This document shows positions 1-13,250 of a DNA stretch of 64,000 nt, piece by piece; position 1 is the first letter of the stretch; every line of letters starts with the position of its first letter. Both the position numbers and the translations under genes were made by a program. Origin of the DNA: Lytechinus pictus (lineage: Eukaryota). Under the pieces are notes generated by a model that had not been told where the DNA came from, searched no databases, and saw nothing but the letters and a program-made list of their open reading frames with translations. Location of the stretch: positions 18,788,001 through 18,852,000 of the forward strand of contig NC_087245.1 in NCBI RefSeq assembly GCF_037042905.1, written 5' to 3'.

Positions 1-1248
1 TCACCTTGTCAAAGTAATGACTATCCCATTCAAGATTTTTTTTTTTTTTTTGGGGGGGACTATTTTTGTACTGCATGAATCTACAACATAAGATGAGCTT
101 TACATTGCATTGAATGAGGGTTTTCTGGGGCTCTTCTGGTGCAAACTCATCCCCAGCCTCTATGTAATTTTTCCCTGATCCCGTTGGATACACTGTTATA
201 CCATTCATATTTGTTTTCTCCTGTACATTTCACTTGTTTGAGGTTTGGGGGTTGTTATCAAAGAACACTACATGTAGGTCATTGTAACAATGGGATGATT
301 AGACTTCCCAAATCCATGGCATCTCTCTGTCTATATTCATGTGCATTGGGCTGCAAGGGTTCCATGATATGATGATGATATCAAAATATCTTGACATTTC
401 ATTGAATATATATAACATCCATCACATAGCACAATGTGTTGATGTCTTTCAGACAAGAAATATGCCTTGAAATGGAAAGATTTGTCAATTTGTAGCCCCT
501 ACCAATATTTTATCCCCCCATCACTACATAGTAAATCTTAACTTATAAAAAAAAATTGGATGTGAATATTACTTGTCATGTTGACATTGATTATTTACTC
601 TTAGTGGGCCATATTTCTCATGAATTCTGTAATCTGATTGGTCGATTTGTTTGTGAGATGAACCCTTATTTACCTACTTTACTGGGTCACAAACGTCAAA
701 CAGGTAATATGAGCCCATTTCACCTGTTTGGTGTTTAGCTGTTGTTGTTTTAATGTTGTTTTCATTGTCATGCGCATGCCCAGTGCTGATGTCAATCACG
801 TAATATAATATGAGGCTGTATTACGTGCGTATTCAAGCATCGCGCTGCGCACTATTTACACATCGATTTCAATGGCAAATCGCACTCTTTTTTTTTACTG
901 TGATCATTGTGATGTCACGAATGACTTCCTTTCAGAAATCACTCTCAAAATGCAAGGTTTTGCTTTTGTTTTGGTTATTTCATTGATTTCCCCTATTCTG
1001 CAATAATATAAGGATACATCTACGCCTCTGGCCTCGTGGAATATGGAACCAGAACGTAGATATTTCCTGTATTACGTGAACAAACAGTGTGTAACTAATA
1101 ATATTGTAGTATATACAGCTAGCAATAATGCAATACCCCAATAAGCAATATAATATAGCCATATTAAAGAAAAACACTATTATACCAATTTGTTCACTTT
1201 CCAGCTTAAAAAAAAAAGAAAGTTATCCCAATTTGTTGTTACTTACAG

Positions 1249-1476
1249 CATGACTGGATCTGTTCCTTTCCATCGGACACTTTCTATGAGAGCAAACTGG
1301 AAACAGACTTGTCGGTCAAAAGCCGCAGCCCTGACCCTGTGAGAGCGATCTGGCCAAACAGAGGTCAAACCCCGACAGTCTTCTGTCATGTGTACGGCAA
1401 GGAGGAAACCCTAACGGTCAAGTCTGATGAAGGAAATGAGATGTCCAAAGGCAACATGGCAGAGGTCATGCACGCT
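1249..1476 (+). CDS. HELZ2: HELZ2-like exon (HDWICSFPS...EVMHA)
   Basis: acttacag acceptor, gtaagt donor, 228 nt, phase 0/0. Confidence 0.9.
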
Positions 1477-4400
1477 GTAAGTGTCCTTGTTTCATATTTT
1501 ATTTTAGATATTTTAAAACGCAAAAAAAATATTTTCGTGCACTTTACGATTAAGACACACAAAGTAACAAAGGTTCCTCATGATTAGCTTTTAATTCCAT
1601 TTCAACGAAATAATATCTTCACTGAATATCATCGCGAGTGAACAATAGACTACTCCTGCAGGGCATTTCAATTCATGCATGTACCTAACAGCTACACCAC
1701 CTAGAAACAAGCTATGATATTCACCCGCTTTTTATAATCAATATTGCTCAATTTTTAGAATACACGAAGCATCACACGATATGCAACCATATTTGAAGAG
1801 TTTAGTTGCAAAAGGGGTTAGGTCCACTTTGGACCATTCCAAGAAAAAACATGTTTTTTATTCTCACTTATTGCAATGTTCATATGAGAAACTAAATTGT
1901 CATGATGTACTACCCTATCATGTGAACATAAAATTGGGTATAAAAGAAATCTACCTGTCTTCAATTTTTTTCTATATATATTTTTTTTAATTATCATTGT
2001 GGACCTAACCCCTTTTGCAAGTAAACTTAAATTAATCCAATCTCTTTTGATTAAAAAAGTGATTTTTCTTTGCCACTTTCATTCATGTTTTCATTTGAAT
2101 TTCAAATTTTCTTTCGTATCATCAGATTGACTAAAGGTTTAGAGGTTTAGAGACAGAAAACAATAAAATTTATGAATAATTAACCTAACCCCTTTTGACA
2201 AATGAGTTCTTCAGAAGAGTTTTGTTGCAAAAGGGGTTAGGTCCACTCCAAGAAAATCATTTTTTTCATTTCTCCCATATTGCAATATTCTTATGCGAAA
2301 CTGAATTTTCATGATACCCTTCCATGAGAACATGAAATTGGGTATAAAAGAAATCTACCTGTCTTCATATTTTTATGATATTCTTTTCCAAAAAAGTATC
2401 TGTGGACCTAACCCCTTTTGCAACTAAACTGAAATGGACCTAACCCCTTTTGAAAAAAAGTGGTTTTTCTTTGCCATTTTTGTTCACTTTTTAATAGGAA
2501 TTTCAACTTTTCTTTGGTATCATCTTATAGAGCTACTAAAAATCTATACATTGAGACGTAAACATCAAATTTGATGAAAAATGGACCTAACCCCTTTTGC
2601 AAGTGAGCTCTTCATTTTTAACTCTGGGAGGCAGGCCCAGTCACGCCTTGTTTCATCGCTGGAGCAGTTGCTCAAAGTTTTTATTGTATTGATTCAATTT
2701 ATGAATGTCACAAATTAGTTCAATAATTATTCAATTGTCATTTTAGTTACAATGCCAGTTGTAATGGTTGGATGAATTGATTGTCATAATTATTGTCTAA
2801 TTGTATATCTTGTTCATGTATTTGTATTATTGTTTTATCACCAGCCAGTACCAAATTTCTATGTATTGGACAATTAAATCAAATCAATATACCAGTTTGC
2901 ATAGATTGAGTGTTACTATGTAAAACCATTATCAAAGAGTTCATATCAGTAGGTTTAGATTCCAGTTCAAATAGATCTACAAACTGGCTTACTATACATA
3001 ATATAATGCAACTTACTTCCTTTCTCGATTTACAGACAAGGATAGTTAATCAGCTGATGAGGAAGGGAGCTCAAGCGAGTAACATAGTGGTTCTCTCCCA
3101 GTACAAGCTCCAATGCACACAGATCGAGGAGAGGTTAAAGGTCATGGATCACAATGGGGTCAAGGTCAGCACAGTCGTCACCAGTCAAGGTGAGAAAGGA
3201 TATGATTTATGGTTATCTCAGAAATGTTTATATTGTAATAAAAACTCTCTACTGATGAATAGACATTATTTAGAACTTGAATGTTTATTTTTGGGGGCCA
3301 TGTATGTCCTCACTGTTCAAATAAACTGTTTGCCATAAAAATATGTTTTTATGCCTCCGCCCATTGTAGGTGGTTTCAGCGGCACCACACTTCAATTCAC
3401 AGAAGCAGTTTTTCAGTTGTGCCAGAATTATATTTGCACCCCATGACGGAGTTCAGTCATAATACCTGGATTTATGGAGTGCTTTTTGGTAGAGGATTCA
3501 TAGAGCTACTATTATTAGCTCTAGCTCGAGTTACAACTTTAATCTGCGGCGCTCATTGCATTCAAGGAATTAATCCTTACAGGTACCCATTTACCTCACC
3601 TGGGTCAAGCGTAGCGTAGTGTGGATCAATTTCTTGTTTAAAGAAATTATGCCTTGGCTAGGATTCAAACCCACAACCCTCTGTTTCAAAGTCCGGAGAC
3701 TAATCCAATGGGCCACAACGCTCCGTGTATATTTTCTGGTTGCATAAGTCCGACAGCTGTGAAGTATTAAATGAAAATCAGGGTTTTCTTTTCTTACTTA
3801 CACATATATTTTTTATCATTATTATGATTAACTATAATACCTTCTCAGGTGTCTTTAACAGATGAAGCTAATGCATATGAATATGCAAAAAAAATTCTTT
3901 GAAAACCTCAGAGAGTCTGAAAATATGTTTTTCCTATCATGACATTTACAGGAAGTGAATGGGACTATGTAGTCCTGTCTACGGTTCGCTCCATGCCTCA
4001 GATCGAGATTGATGACAAACCAAGCAGGGGATGGCAACGTAAACATCTCGGTTTTATCATGGATGAGAATCAGATGAATGTTGCGCTGACTCGAGCCAAG
4101 CGAGGGCTCATCATTATCGGTATGTATGAACAAATGTTGCATCATTCTGATGCATATAAGAGAGGAACAATACGTGACCAAAAAGGCAAATATTGACTTG
4201 GATTCAAATTGAGGTTTTGGAGAGGTTAATAACAGAAACAATTCCTGACCAATAAGGCAATAGCATATTGACTTTGATTCAAACTTGGGTTTTGAGTTAA
4301 AGGACAAGTCCACACCAACATATGCACATCCTGGTCAGTATGCAAATGATGGGACTGATGACATCACACACTCACTATTTCTTTTGTATTTTATTATTTT

Positions 4401-5125
4401 AAATATTCTAACATTCTCCTCATTCTCCTGTGAAACAAAGTTTTCTTCCTCCCTGAATGTATGGAATTACCATTTTATGGTTCAGTCAACTTGGTCCTTA
4501 CTGTCAAATCAGTAAAAATTGAAAAATGTTATAATTCAAACAGTGAAAAACAAAAGAAATAGTGAGTGAGGGACATCATCAACTCTCTCATTTGCATATC
4601 ACTGAATTGTGCATATACCTGTTTTGTGAAAAATAAGCGAAATCTAAAATATAACTTATTTTACATTCGATTTTGATTTAACTTTCAGCATCATTCTTTG
4701 ATTTTTCTCTAATGATTCGAATTAACATTTTTCTGGGGTGGACTTGGCCTTGAAAGAAAGATAAATAACAGAAATAAAACCTGAATGCTACCCGATATAT
4801 TCCTATACTCTAGTCATGCGTAATGTTGTGCATAACTTTACAAACAACTTTATGAAACACCACTTTTGCCAGAAAGACAATAACTTATTGATTTGGATGA
4901 ATAATTCTGGGACTACTATATCACACTCATTGTTTCTTGTACTGATTCTTAAAAGTTCTTCTCCCATTTTTTATTACTCACCAACCATTTTCTTTTCCTT
5001 TTTTTTCTTTTGTAGGCAATCAGCATCTCTTAGAAACTCACCCAAGATGGAGAGATCTTCTGAAGAAATATCGCGATCAGGATTGTGTAATGGAGGCCAG
5101 ACGGTTCCCACCTTTTGGCTATTAA
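1249..5125 (+). CDS. HELZ2: HELZ2-like (PRIC285-like) UPF1-type SF1 helicase, 3' partial; exons 1249-1476, 3036-3189, 3952-4119, 5016-5125
   Basis: Spliced translation HDWICSFPSDTFYESKL...IVVLSQY...VSTVVTSQGSEWDYVVLSTVRS...LGFIMDENQMNVALTRAKRGLIIIGNQHLL...W..LL contains SF1 motifs IV-VI. The SQGSEW and PSRGWQRKHLGF segments resemble the HELZ2 C-terminus. All introns GT-AG and in phase. Confidence 0.88.
1795..2613. mobile_element. Head-to-tail dimer of an about 410-bp TIR MITE (1795-2212, 2214-2613), possibly Sola-like
   Basis: TIR GAAGAG..TTGCAAAAGGGGTTAGGTCCA and its reverse complement in both units; whole dimer flanked by ATTT. Confidence 0.7.
3036..3189 (+). CDS. HELZ2: HELZ2-like exon (TRIVNQLM...VVTSQ)
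   Basis: tttacag acceptor, gtgaga donor, 154 nt, phase 0/1. Confidence 0.9.
3472..3724 (-). mobile_element. tRNA-derived SINE
   Basis: Minus strand starts GGAGCGTTGTGGCCCATTGG (A box) and has GTTTGAATCC (B box); core CCCAGGTGAGGTAAATGGGTACC shared with the 16.0-kb copy. Confidence 0.8.
3952..4119 (+). CDS. HELZ2: HELZ2-like exon (GSEWDYVVLSTVRS...NVALTRAKRGLIII)
   Basis: tttacag acceptor, gtatgt donor, 168 nt; helicase motifs V-VI. Confidence 0.93.
4301..4750. mobile_element. Kolobok/T2-like MITE family 1, internally deleted
   Basis: TTAA|AGGACAAGTCCAC...GGGGTGGACTTGGCCT; body matches the other copies. Confidence 0.8.
5016..5125 (+). CDS. HELZ2: HELZ2-like last coding exon (GNQHLLETHPRWRDLL...FGY*)
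   Basis: Long polypyrimidine tract plus tag acceptor; in phase; TAA at 5123-5125. Confidence 0.9.
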
Positions 5126-5150
5126 TGTAATACCAGAAGAGGAGGAAAAA

Positions 5151-5439
5151 CAGTGTTTTCACAGCCATGGAAAATCCTGGAAAAGCCATGGAATTGCATT
5201 TATCTCTTGGCTATGGCAGCTTTCCAGTTTGTCATGTCTCGCAACTCTCATACTCTATGATCATACTCTGCTATTACATGCATGTATAATTGGTGTTCAT
5301 AATTTCCATTTTTCCCAGTTTTGTGACATCCCAAATTCTACATAACTCCCACGACGTCACAGGAAGTCATGGAAAGCAGCAATTTAATAGGCATGGAAAA
5401 GTTATGGAATTCTGTTTTCAAATTTCTGTGGAAACCCTG
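5151..5439. mobile_element. hAT-like MITE in the HELZ2-like 3' UTR
   Basis: CAGTGTTTTCACAG ... CTGTGGAAACCCTG ends with repeated CATGGAAA subterminal motifs; no clear TSD. Confidence 0.55.
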
Positions 5440-8400
5440 AAAAAGCCCTGTGGTACATTTTGTATAGTCCCTTCAAAACTGTTGATTAGACCTCGGAAAG
5501 TGATGGGTCCTTGGTTGTCTAACAATGGCCAGAAGCTGTTAACCTGTTTCTTGAGGACCAGGACTAATAATTTGGTACATTCTCCTTGTAACCATTGATT
5601 AGATTGGTACTTTCTCCAGGCTTATGACTGTTCTGGAGGATGGCCATATTATAGGGTGTAATTAGACCCATCTGTTATCTAAGACCAGGCCTAAATTGCA
5701 ATATATTGGTCATTTCATAGCTATTGATTAGGCCTAGATATGGGGTTAGAAGTGTTCTGGAGAATAGTCTTGTTGGTACAAGTTAGACTCAGTTCTTTGC
5801 AAGAACCAGACCTGATTACAATCCATTACTAATTTCAAAGCGCTTAGAACTGTTCTGGTGAATGGTTAGTTCCCACGTTTGAGATTAGTCCAGCCTGTTT
5901 TTTCTTCAGGACCAGGTCTGATTAGTTGCAACTGTATCCGGTCTTTTTTATTGGGATATTATCCTGCTGATAAGCTGTAATATTTTTAGCAAGCTTATGC
6001 CTAATACTTGTTTTGCAATAATAGTTTCAGTCACTAATTAGTTTTTAAGTTTGATAATGTACTATTGTAATTGCTTCAACAAAACAATTAAACATGAGCA
6101 GGTAAGCAACTCAAAATGATGAAATCTTAATTTTGTAAGTACTATGTTATTCATCTGTCGTTGTGACAATGTATAAAGAACTTGGATTCTTGTAAGATAC
6201 TAGTACATGTAGATAATTTTACTGTCATTCAAGAGACATGTCTCACGTTTTAGATGTTTTAGACTGAAGTTCAAGACATTGAATCCAACCAAAATACTCA
6301 AACAACACAACTCTTGCCAGTTCCAGCTTCACTGTTGAGTTTGGAAAAGTACAATGGCTTTACAAATAAGACTCCACACAAAGGTAAAATATCTTTCCTA
6401 TTTGTAAGAGGAAAAAGTTATTAGCCCAATTACTTGATGACTGTTACCCTCACAAGACTAAGTTAACACCCTCAATGGTCTTGTGCAATTTTATTTTCCA
6501 AAGAGATTTTGCCATACCACATTATAAGCTGCAATAACATCACATTATAGAAAAGTTTAGTACATGTATATCCTGTTTCTAAAGAAGATTGATTTATTAA
6601 GTTGAATAATTCTTTAGGAGTTAAGAATTATCATGGAAGACAAAGAGAAGGATGATGATCACAAATTATAATCGAGGAATAGAGGCACATATTTCATCGG
6701 ATTTTTTTTTTACAGATATTCAGGGATGGATTCAAGATTGCATTAATGGAGGGGCACAGAAAATGGGTTGATCTCTTCCACATTTTCTTTACATCAAATC
6801 GTAAAGGAAACACTTCTCTCCCCCCAAAATGTGATGATCGTAAACAAAAACAAAATAAATGGTAACTATGTTCTCTTTCAAAATCAGGAGTGAAATTCAT
6901 TTTAAAAGTAGGGGATTTTCCATTAAATAGAGAAGACCCACAATGTACAATTTGGCCTTATTAGGGGGAATGTGCCCTTTCCCATGTGATCTGTTCCTGA
7001 TTTTATGGTAGAAGGCATTGGCGATACACAGAATATTTTGCAACAAATAATGCTTTCATAAGTGTGTGTAGATCAAAAGTCTTTGTGTGTTAAGATTGTT
7101 ATATCATTTTGTTTAATGCATGTTAACCAGCTTCCATAGGCTGGCTGATTTGGATTATGTTTACAGAATTAAGTATTTATTTTTGAGTACCAGTTTATGA
7201 TGGGCTTTGTAACACTTTTATAAGTAATTCAATTTACTCAGTATGCTTTTATTTTTTGTATTTTGCTCTCTCCTGAAATCATGATCATTCCACATTTAAA
7301 TAAATCAATTTGCCGTGAAAACTGAAATTGGGATTACTTTGAGGTATAAAAATCAACTATAATGTCATCCTATTCCTTCACAGAACAGAATATGCACCTT
7401 GAGATTTCAGTTCATTACAAAATTTTGATTAATCTGTGTAATTATAGGGATGTGTTGTACAATCCGTTGTTAAGAGCTGTTTGTAAAACAAATAGCATAA
7501 CCAATCTCTCGAATTGTTACCCATGCCAAACTATCAAAAGGGAGAAACGTCTATCATAAAATCTAGATTTACAAGGTATGAATTTTTTTTTGTCTAGTAT
7601 AGTATTTTGTACTTTTTTGTTATGTTTGGTCAGGGGTACAATTAAGAAGTTGTTTTTATTTAAGTAGAATTATGTTGCATATTTTCTAAATGTATTGTAA
7701 TGTTCAAACCTTGGATAAATGCAGCTGTTGATTAATTATGAATAATGTAAGTTGTATGATATTACTTGTAGATGGAGAAACCAATACAAAAGCACCTATT
7801 GGACTGATTTCCACAAGTAGTCAGGCATCGGCATAAAGTACTGAAATTAAACTTTAAGAAGTTTAGCCTAGGCCTATAGTGATGGCGGTATGTCAGTGAA
7901 ACGGGCCAATCATATTAAATAAAAATGACGCTCCTTTTTCTAAAACTTTGCTGGAAGAGATCCTTGGTTTTTTACCCTTACAAAATGAACTCACCCATCT
8001 TTCTCCTTTTTAAATGTCATATAGAGTTATTTATTTAGAAAGATACAGAGGCCTTGTGAAAAAAAGAAAGATATTGCTTTGTTAAAGTAATGCAGCTGAT
8101 TGAAGTGCGATTAATATTCTTGTTGTAGAAAATGATTTCTTTTTGTAATGTTTATAGTAGAATTTAGTCTCATACATGTATTTATTTATTTTTCTAGATT
8201 AAGCTATGTAAGTCCCCTGGATTTTGTACTGTTTAGTTATGTATATATATTCATATTTCACAGCTTCATAATTTGCATATTCCTGCATTCATTGCCACAT
8301 CAAATGTACTTCGGTATCATAAGTGTCTGTTTCTCCGTTAACTTTTCCTTGCAAACACGATAACTTCAGTTAGTCAAACCTACTGTAGGCTCATATAATT

Positions 8401-9280
8401 TGGTGTTTATGATATTAGCATGAATGCTAGGAAGCCTATTGATTTTGAGGTCAGACATGTTTTCATCTTACCGTTCTGAAGTCCTTGTACATGTAAATGC
8501 GATGATACTAGGAATTCCATTGATTAGGTCAAAGGTGAAGTCGCCAACTTTCACTTCTCGCTTCCATTACTCCATTTTCTATGTTACAGATGGGCGTATT
8601 ATGTGCTTGTGTTAGCGACACTTGTTTAGAGAATAGCCAGGTTAGTGGGCGAATATTTTCAGCTCCCTGAGCCCTTTTCATAAAGTTCAAAATATAATAC
8701 GATATAATCAGAAAGGAACTCCCGGCAAACTGAGATAAGTAATATTGGATTTACACTGTATTTTTTGTTGCGTTGAAGAATAGGAACACATTTTATTCAA
8801 CAAGATTTGTAGAAGATGTTTTAGTTAATAAATGTTCTTTTTACGTAACCGAGTTCACAGATATTATTTCAAAGTAGTGATGCTGCATGGGATCAGTACA
8901 CTTGAAAAACCATATCATTCACTTTTTCATTAGATCAACAGCTTTATTGTTATATCATTATAAATAATAGATTTAATTCTGTTTTTAATTGAGATTATTC
9001 AAGACAACATCAATTCTATAGGTTTATTGTTTCAAATAAATGGGGAACAAAAATTAACAATCCATGATCACCCTGTCAATCAACATACAGAGAGAAAACA
9101 TGCCATAAGGTACCTGTATATAATAAACTACACATATAATTTTACAAACGAAACCCTCTTAAAAATGGCCTGAGGAGTATTATGCGACTGCACAGTTCTG
9201 GATTGGCCTGAAATCTTGGAATATGAGTGTTTTTTGTGATTTAGTTGTAAGTATGTGCTGAAGAGATGATGGGCAATTCA

Positions 9281-9428
9281 ATGGATGGTCCGGGCTGAAG
9301 ATAAAACAGTTATATGCATTATGATGTCACATCCCGGAACATAAAACGTTCTTATTTTTTCATACATGTTATATGATGCACAAGTTGTGGCAATAAATAA
9401 TGTACTATCTCCAGCCTGGACCATCCCT
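9281..9428. mobile_element. Short Kolobok/T2-like family 2 derivative
   Basis: GGATGGTCCGGGCTG ... CAGCCTGGACCATCCCT|TTAA. Confidence 0.65.
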
Positions 9429-9650
9429 TTAAAGGGACAGTTGAAGGCAAACGATAGTAGAAGGATGCATTGAAAGTGGAGGGGGTAAGGATGAGTGTGA
9501 AATGGATGAAAACACATCTTTGATCTACTGAAAATGGTTTGTGAGCAGTACAACATAATTTTGATTGTAAAGACTTCAGAGCAGATTTATGGGCATACAT
9601 AGAATGAAATTGGGTTGTGTATATATATACTTGAATATCAAGGCAGTTAA

Positions 9651-10223
9651 AGGACAAGTCCACCCCAGCAAAAATTTGATTTGAATAATAAGAGAAAAAT
9701 CCAACAAGCATACCACCGAAAAATTTCATCAAAATCGGATGTAAAATAAGAAAATTATGACATTTTTAAGTTTCGCTTAATTTCACAAAACAGTTATATG
9801 CACATCCTGTTAGGTATGCAAATGAGGGAACTGATGACATCACTCACTATTTCTTTTGTATTTTATTATATGAATTATTCTACTTATTGTCCTGTGAGAC
9901 AAAGTTTTATTCCTCCCTGAACATGTGGTATTACCATTGTTATAACATCTTATGGCTCAGTTAAGATGGTCCTTAATGTCAAATTGGTGAAAATTGAAAT
10001 ATTGCATAATTCAAACAATTAAAAAAAAAGAAATAATGAGTGATGGACATCATTTGCATGTCACTGAGTTGTGCATATAACTGTTTTGTGAAAAATAAGT
10101 AAAACTTTAAAATGTCATAACTTTCTTATTTTACATCCGATTTTGATGAAATTTTCAGCACTATGCTAGTTTGATTTTTCTCTATTTATTCAAGTCATAA
10201 TTTTTCTGGGGTGGACTTGACCT
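9651..10223. mobile_element. Kolobok/T2-like MITE family 1, full length
   Basis: TTAA TSD both sides; TIR AGGACAAGTCCACCCC / GGGGTGGACTTGACCT; long subterminal inverted repeats. Confidence 0.88.
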
Positions 10224-12194
10224 TTAAATATAGAGATTAAATTATGGTTTCATATCGACAAGCATGCAAGACAATTCCTTAGTGGAAATTATAAATCTAT
10301 GCCTAAAATTGCACATAAACTACTCAAGGCAGCTCACACTTTTTCATAAAGTTTGATTCCTTAAAAAGTCAATAAATGGGAACCCATTGTAGGAGTTGCA
10401 ATCAGAACAAGTCATGAAGTAAAATGCAACTTTATACAGGATATGCATTTGATTTTTTTTCAGACCCCTGGACTATCAAATATAAAGTTAGTATATTACA
10501 AATTCTCTAAATGTACAAGGAATGTGTGTGATTGTTATAGTAGTACCCTGCAAGCATATATCATGACAAAACTAAGTTAATATAGACCAGCAAACCAGTT
10601 TGTGAAGGCATGTTACAAATAACAGCTCAACTGAAGCAATAAATGACTATCTCTTGGTACAGACCTCAATATAAAAAAGAGTCTATTTTTCTTTAGTTTC
10701 GTGAATTATCGAGAAAATTTTATCATTCATATTTTCCTCTCAAAATTCACAATGGTTTTGGGGTCTGATTGAAGAATTTTAATCAAGGTTTTCATCAAGG
10801 CAGATACTGTAGGCACTGATGAAACTGACAAGAGAAGTTTGAAACACTAGTTCTTGAACTTCTTTGCATGAACATTTCCATCTGAAAAACTCTCACTGTA
10901 GAGTGATGAAAAGGATATGTACATTTTATACATGTAACCTCATAATTTAAATAAATAAAATATATTAATCACAATGCATGATATCTCATAGGCTTTTACC
11001 AATTGCCACTAAAAGGAATATATAAAAATAATGTATAAGCCTCTAATGATTATCAGCCTCGGAAGTAAAGCACCATGCACGGGAAGAAGAAATGCAATAA
11101 GATCTATAAAAAACATACATGCAGAGATTTTGCATATGACCAAACTGAAAGTCACACTCACAGCCATAGATACTTGAATATTTTTACATACATTCTTATA
11201 CTCATTTTAAAAAATACAGTCATGGTTTTGAAAATAAGCAACTAGCTGGTCTATGGTTGTGAGTCCACTCCAAGGGACCTGACAGGCAGCAGTAAAATTT
11301 GACATAAATAAAACATCTCAAAGTTGGCAGTTTAAGGAGATAAAACCCAAAGTTAAATCACCCAGAAAGACACCATCACATATATGTAGATCTGGGAGAT
11401 TTTTCATGAAGTTCTTTAACTAATACATAAACCGAGAAACGACTGAAATATAACAAGCCAAATGTGTCTCAATGTAGCATAATCTGAACATGCAAATATT
11501 GATTAACATTTTCAAATACACACATTTAAACTGGTAAATTGTTATCAATGCAATAAAGTTTGGAAATATTTTATGTGAAGACAAAATTTATATTTTGGCA
11601 TTTCACATTAAAGTTGTAAATAAAGTTCTGACTAGATGACCAGACTCCTGAAACAACCCCCTGGAATGTTTGTTCCAAGTTCTATTAAGTATACCTGCAC
11701 TTTACTGCGGCAGCCCGAACACAGTGTACTGTGAAAGACGTGTCGAGGTCCCCGGGGCAAACCTGCACTCAACTACCACTGCATACACATACCATACTGC
11801 ATACACATACCATACAGTATACATGAAAGTGGTAATGTTAGGTGCAAAGGTTTTAACTGGTAAATGATGTATATAACACTAGTGAACTTTTCTATTAAAA
11901 GAGTTAACCTGAAAGGAATATTTAGATAACAATATAAAATGGAAGATTTTTTTTAACAGGTTGGTAACATTATCAGTTTATTGGCAGTAAAGTACTTTTC
12001 TCCCATTTGTATGTAAAACGTTTGTGCCCCAAGGAAGATGTAACCTACTAACACAGCATAAAATTACATCAAATATAATCTCAAAATACACTGATCACAC
12101 TCAACTACATATGGGAAAAATAGAGTATAAATAGAATATAATTTCTATACATTTATAATGATGGAAAATAGGAAGATTTTTTCAATAATAAACA

Positions 12195-12853
12195 ACAAGT
12201 GGAGCTCCTCTGGCAATCTCACCTGCATTACGCAATGCAATATAGCAGCAGTGCTGACTTTGAAAACTACTATGACACCATTCATATAATGATACAATAC
12301 TACGTTCATTGACCCGAAATCACTTTTGACCGTGATCATGTGACCTAAGACTTGTCAGTGATACTTGAATACCCCTATGTCCACAGTTCATAAACTATAT
12401 TCATAAAAGTTATGACGGCAATTTAGTAATTACCTCCAACATGGCCAAAGTTCATTGATCTAATGACCTTTGACCTGTGACCTGAAACTCACATAGGATG
12501 TTCAGTGACACCTGATGACCCTTATCGCCAAGTTTCGAGAACTAGGTCCTTTCAAGTTATGATGACATTTCAAAAACTTAACCCTAGGTTTAAATTTTGA
12601 TATTGACTCCCCAACATGGTCTAAGTTCATCGACCCTAAATGACCGTTGACCTTGGTCATGTAACCTGAAACTCGGGCAGGATGTTAGTAATACTTGATT
12701 AACCTTATCTAAGTTTCATGAACTAGGTCCATATACTTTTCAAGTTATGCTGTCATTTCAGAAACTTAACTTTGTTAAGATTTGATGTTGACGCCGCCGC
12801 CGTTGGAAAAGCGGCGCCTATAGTCTCTCTCTGCTATGCAGTTGAGACAAAAA
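12195..12853. mobile_element. Interspersed repeat with internal TGACCTTTGACC tandem units (Helentron/HINE-like); related fragments near 24385-24610 and 25736-25915
   Basis: ACAAGTGGA..CCTCTGGCA start shared with 25736; internal repeated units; terminal hairpins before GAGACAAAAA. Confidence 0.55.
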
Positions 12854-13119
12854 TCATGAGTTTTGACCCACTGGCTCTGCTATTTGCAGTAGTTTGGTTA
12901 AACACCAAAGACTTTGATTACTACAGCAAAGCAGTATATGTAGTATTCTTTCTTTGGCCATCATTGAGAAACAATCATTTTGAGTTCAGTTACAGATTTC
13001 TGCATATCATGAGTGAGGAACTGATAAGAAATTTGTACTCGTACACTAGTACTACTACAAGAAAATATTTCAGAATTGTTTGCAAACATCTATACAGGGT
13101 AGCCTTCTGTTAACCACCA

Positions 13120-13250
13120 GGGCCCTGTAACACACAGGTTAGCGATTAATCAAGTGCTTGCTTTTTATGATTAATTGTACATTGTAGTCAATGCAATCAA
13201 TCGTAGATAACTGATCTGCAATGATTGCTAATCTTCGTGTAACGGGCTCC
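13120..13250. mobile_element. Small fold-back MITE; related copy near 57828-57950
   Basis: GGGCCCTGTAACAC..GGTTAGCGAT arm is inverted at the right end. Confidence 0.6.

Noticed and set aside
3655..3724. tRNA gene
   Set aside because: A/B boxes belong to a SINE head that continues into the SINE core; no intact cloverleaf
10811..10915. CTGATGA...GAAA hammerhead-like strings on the plus strand
   Set aside because: Stem II register does not fit and stem I cannot form; at most a decayed PLE remnant
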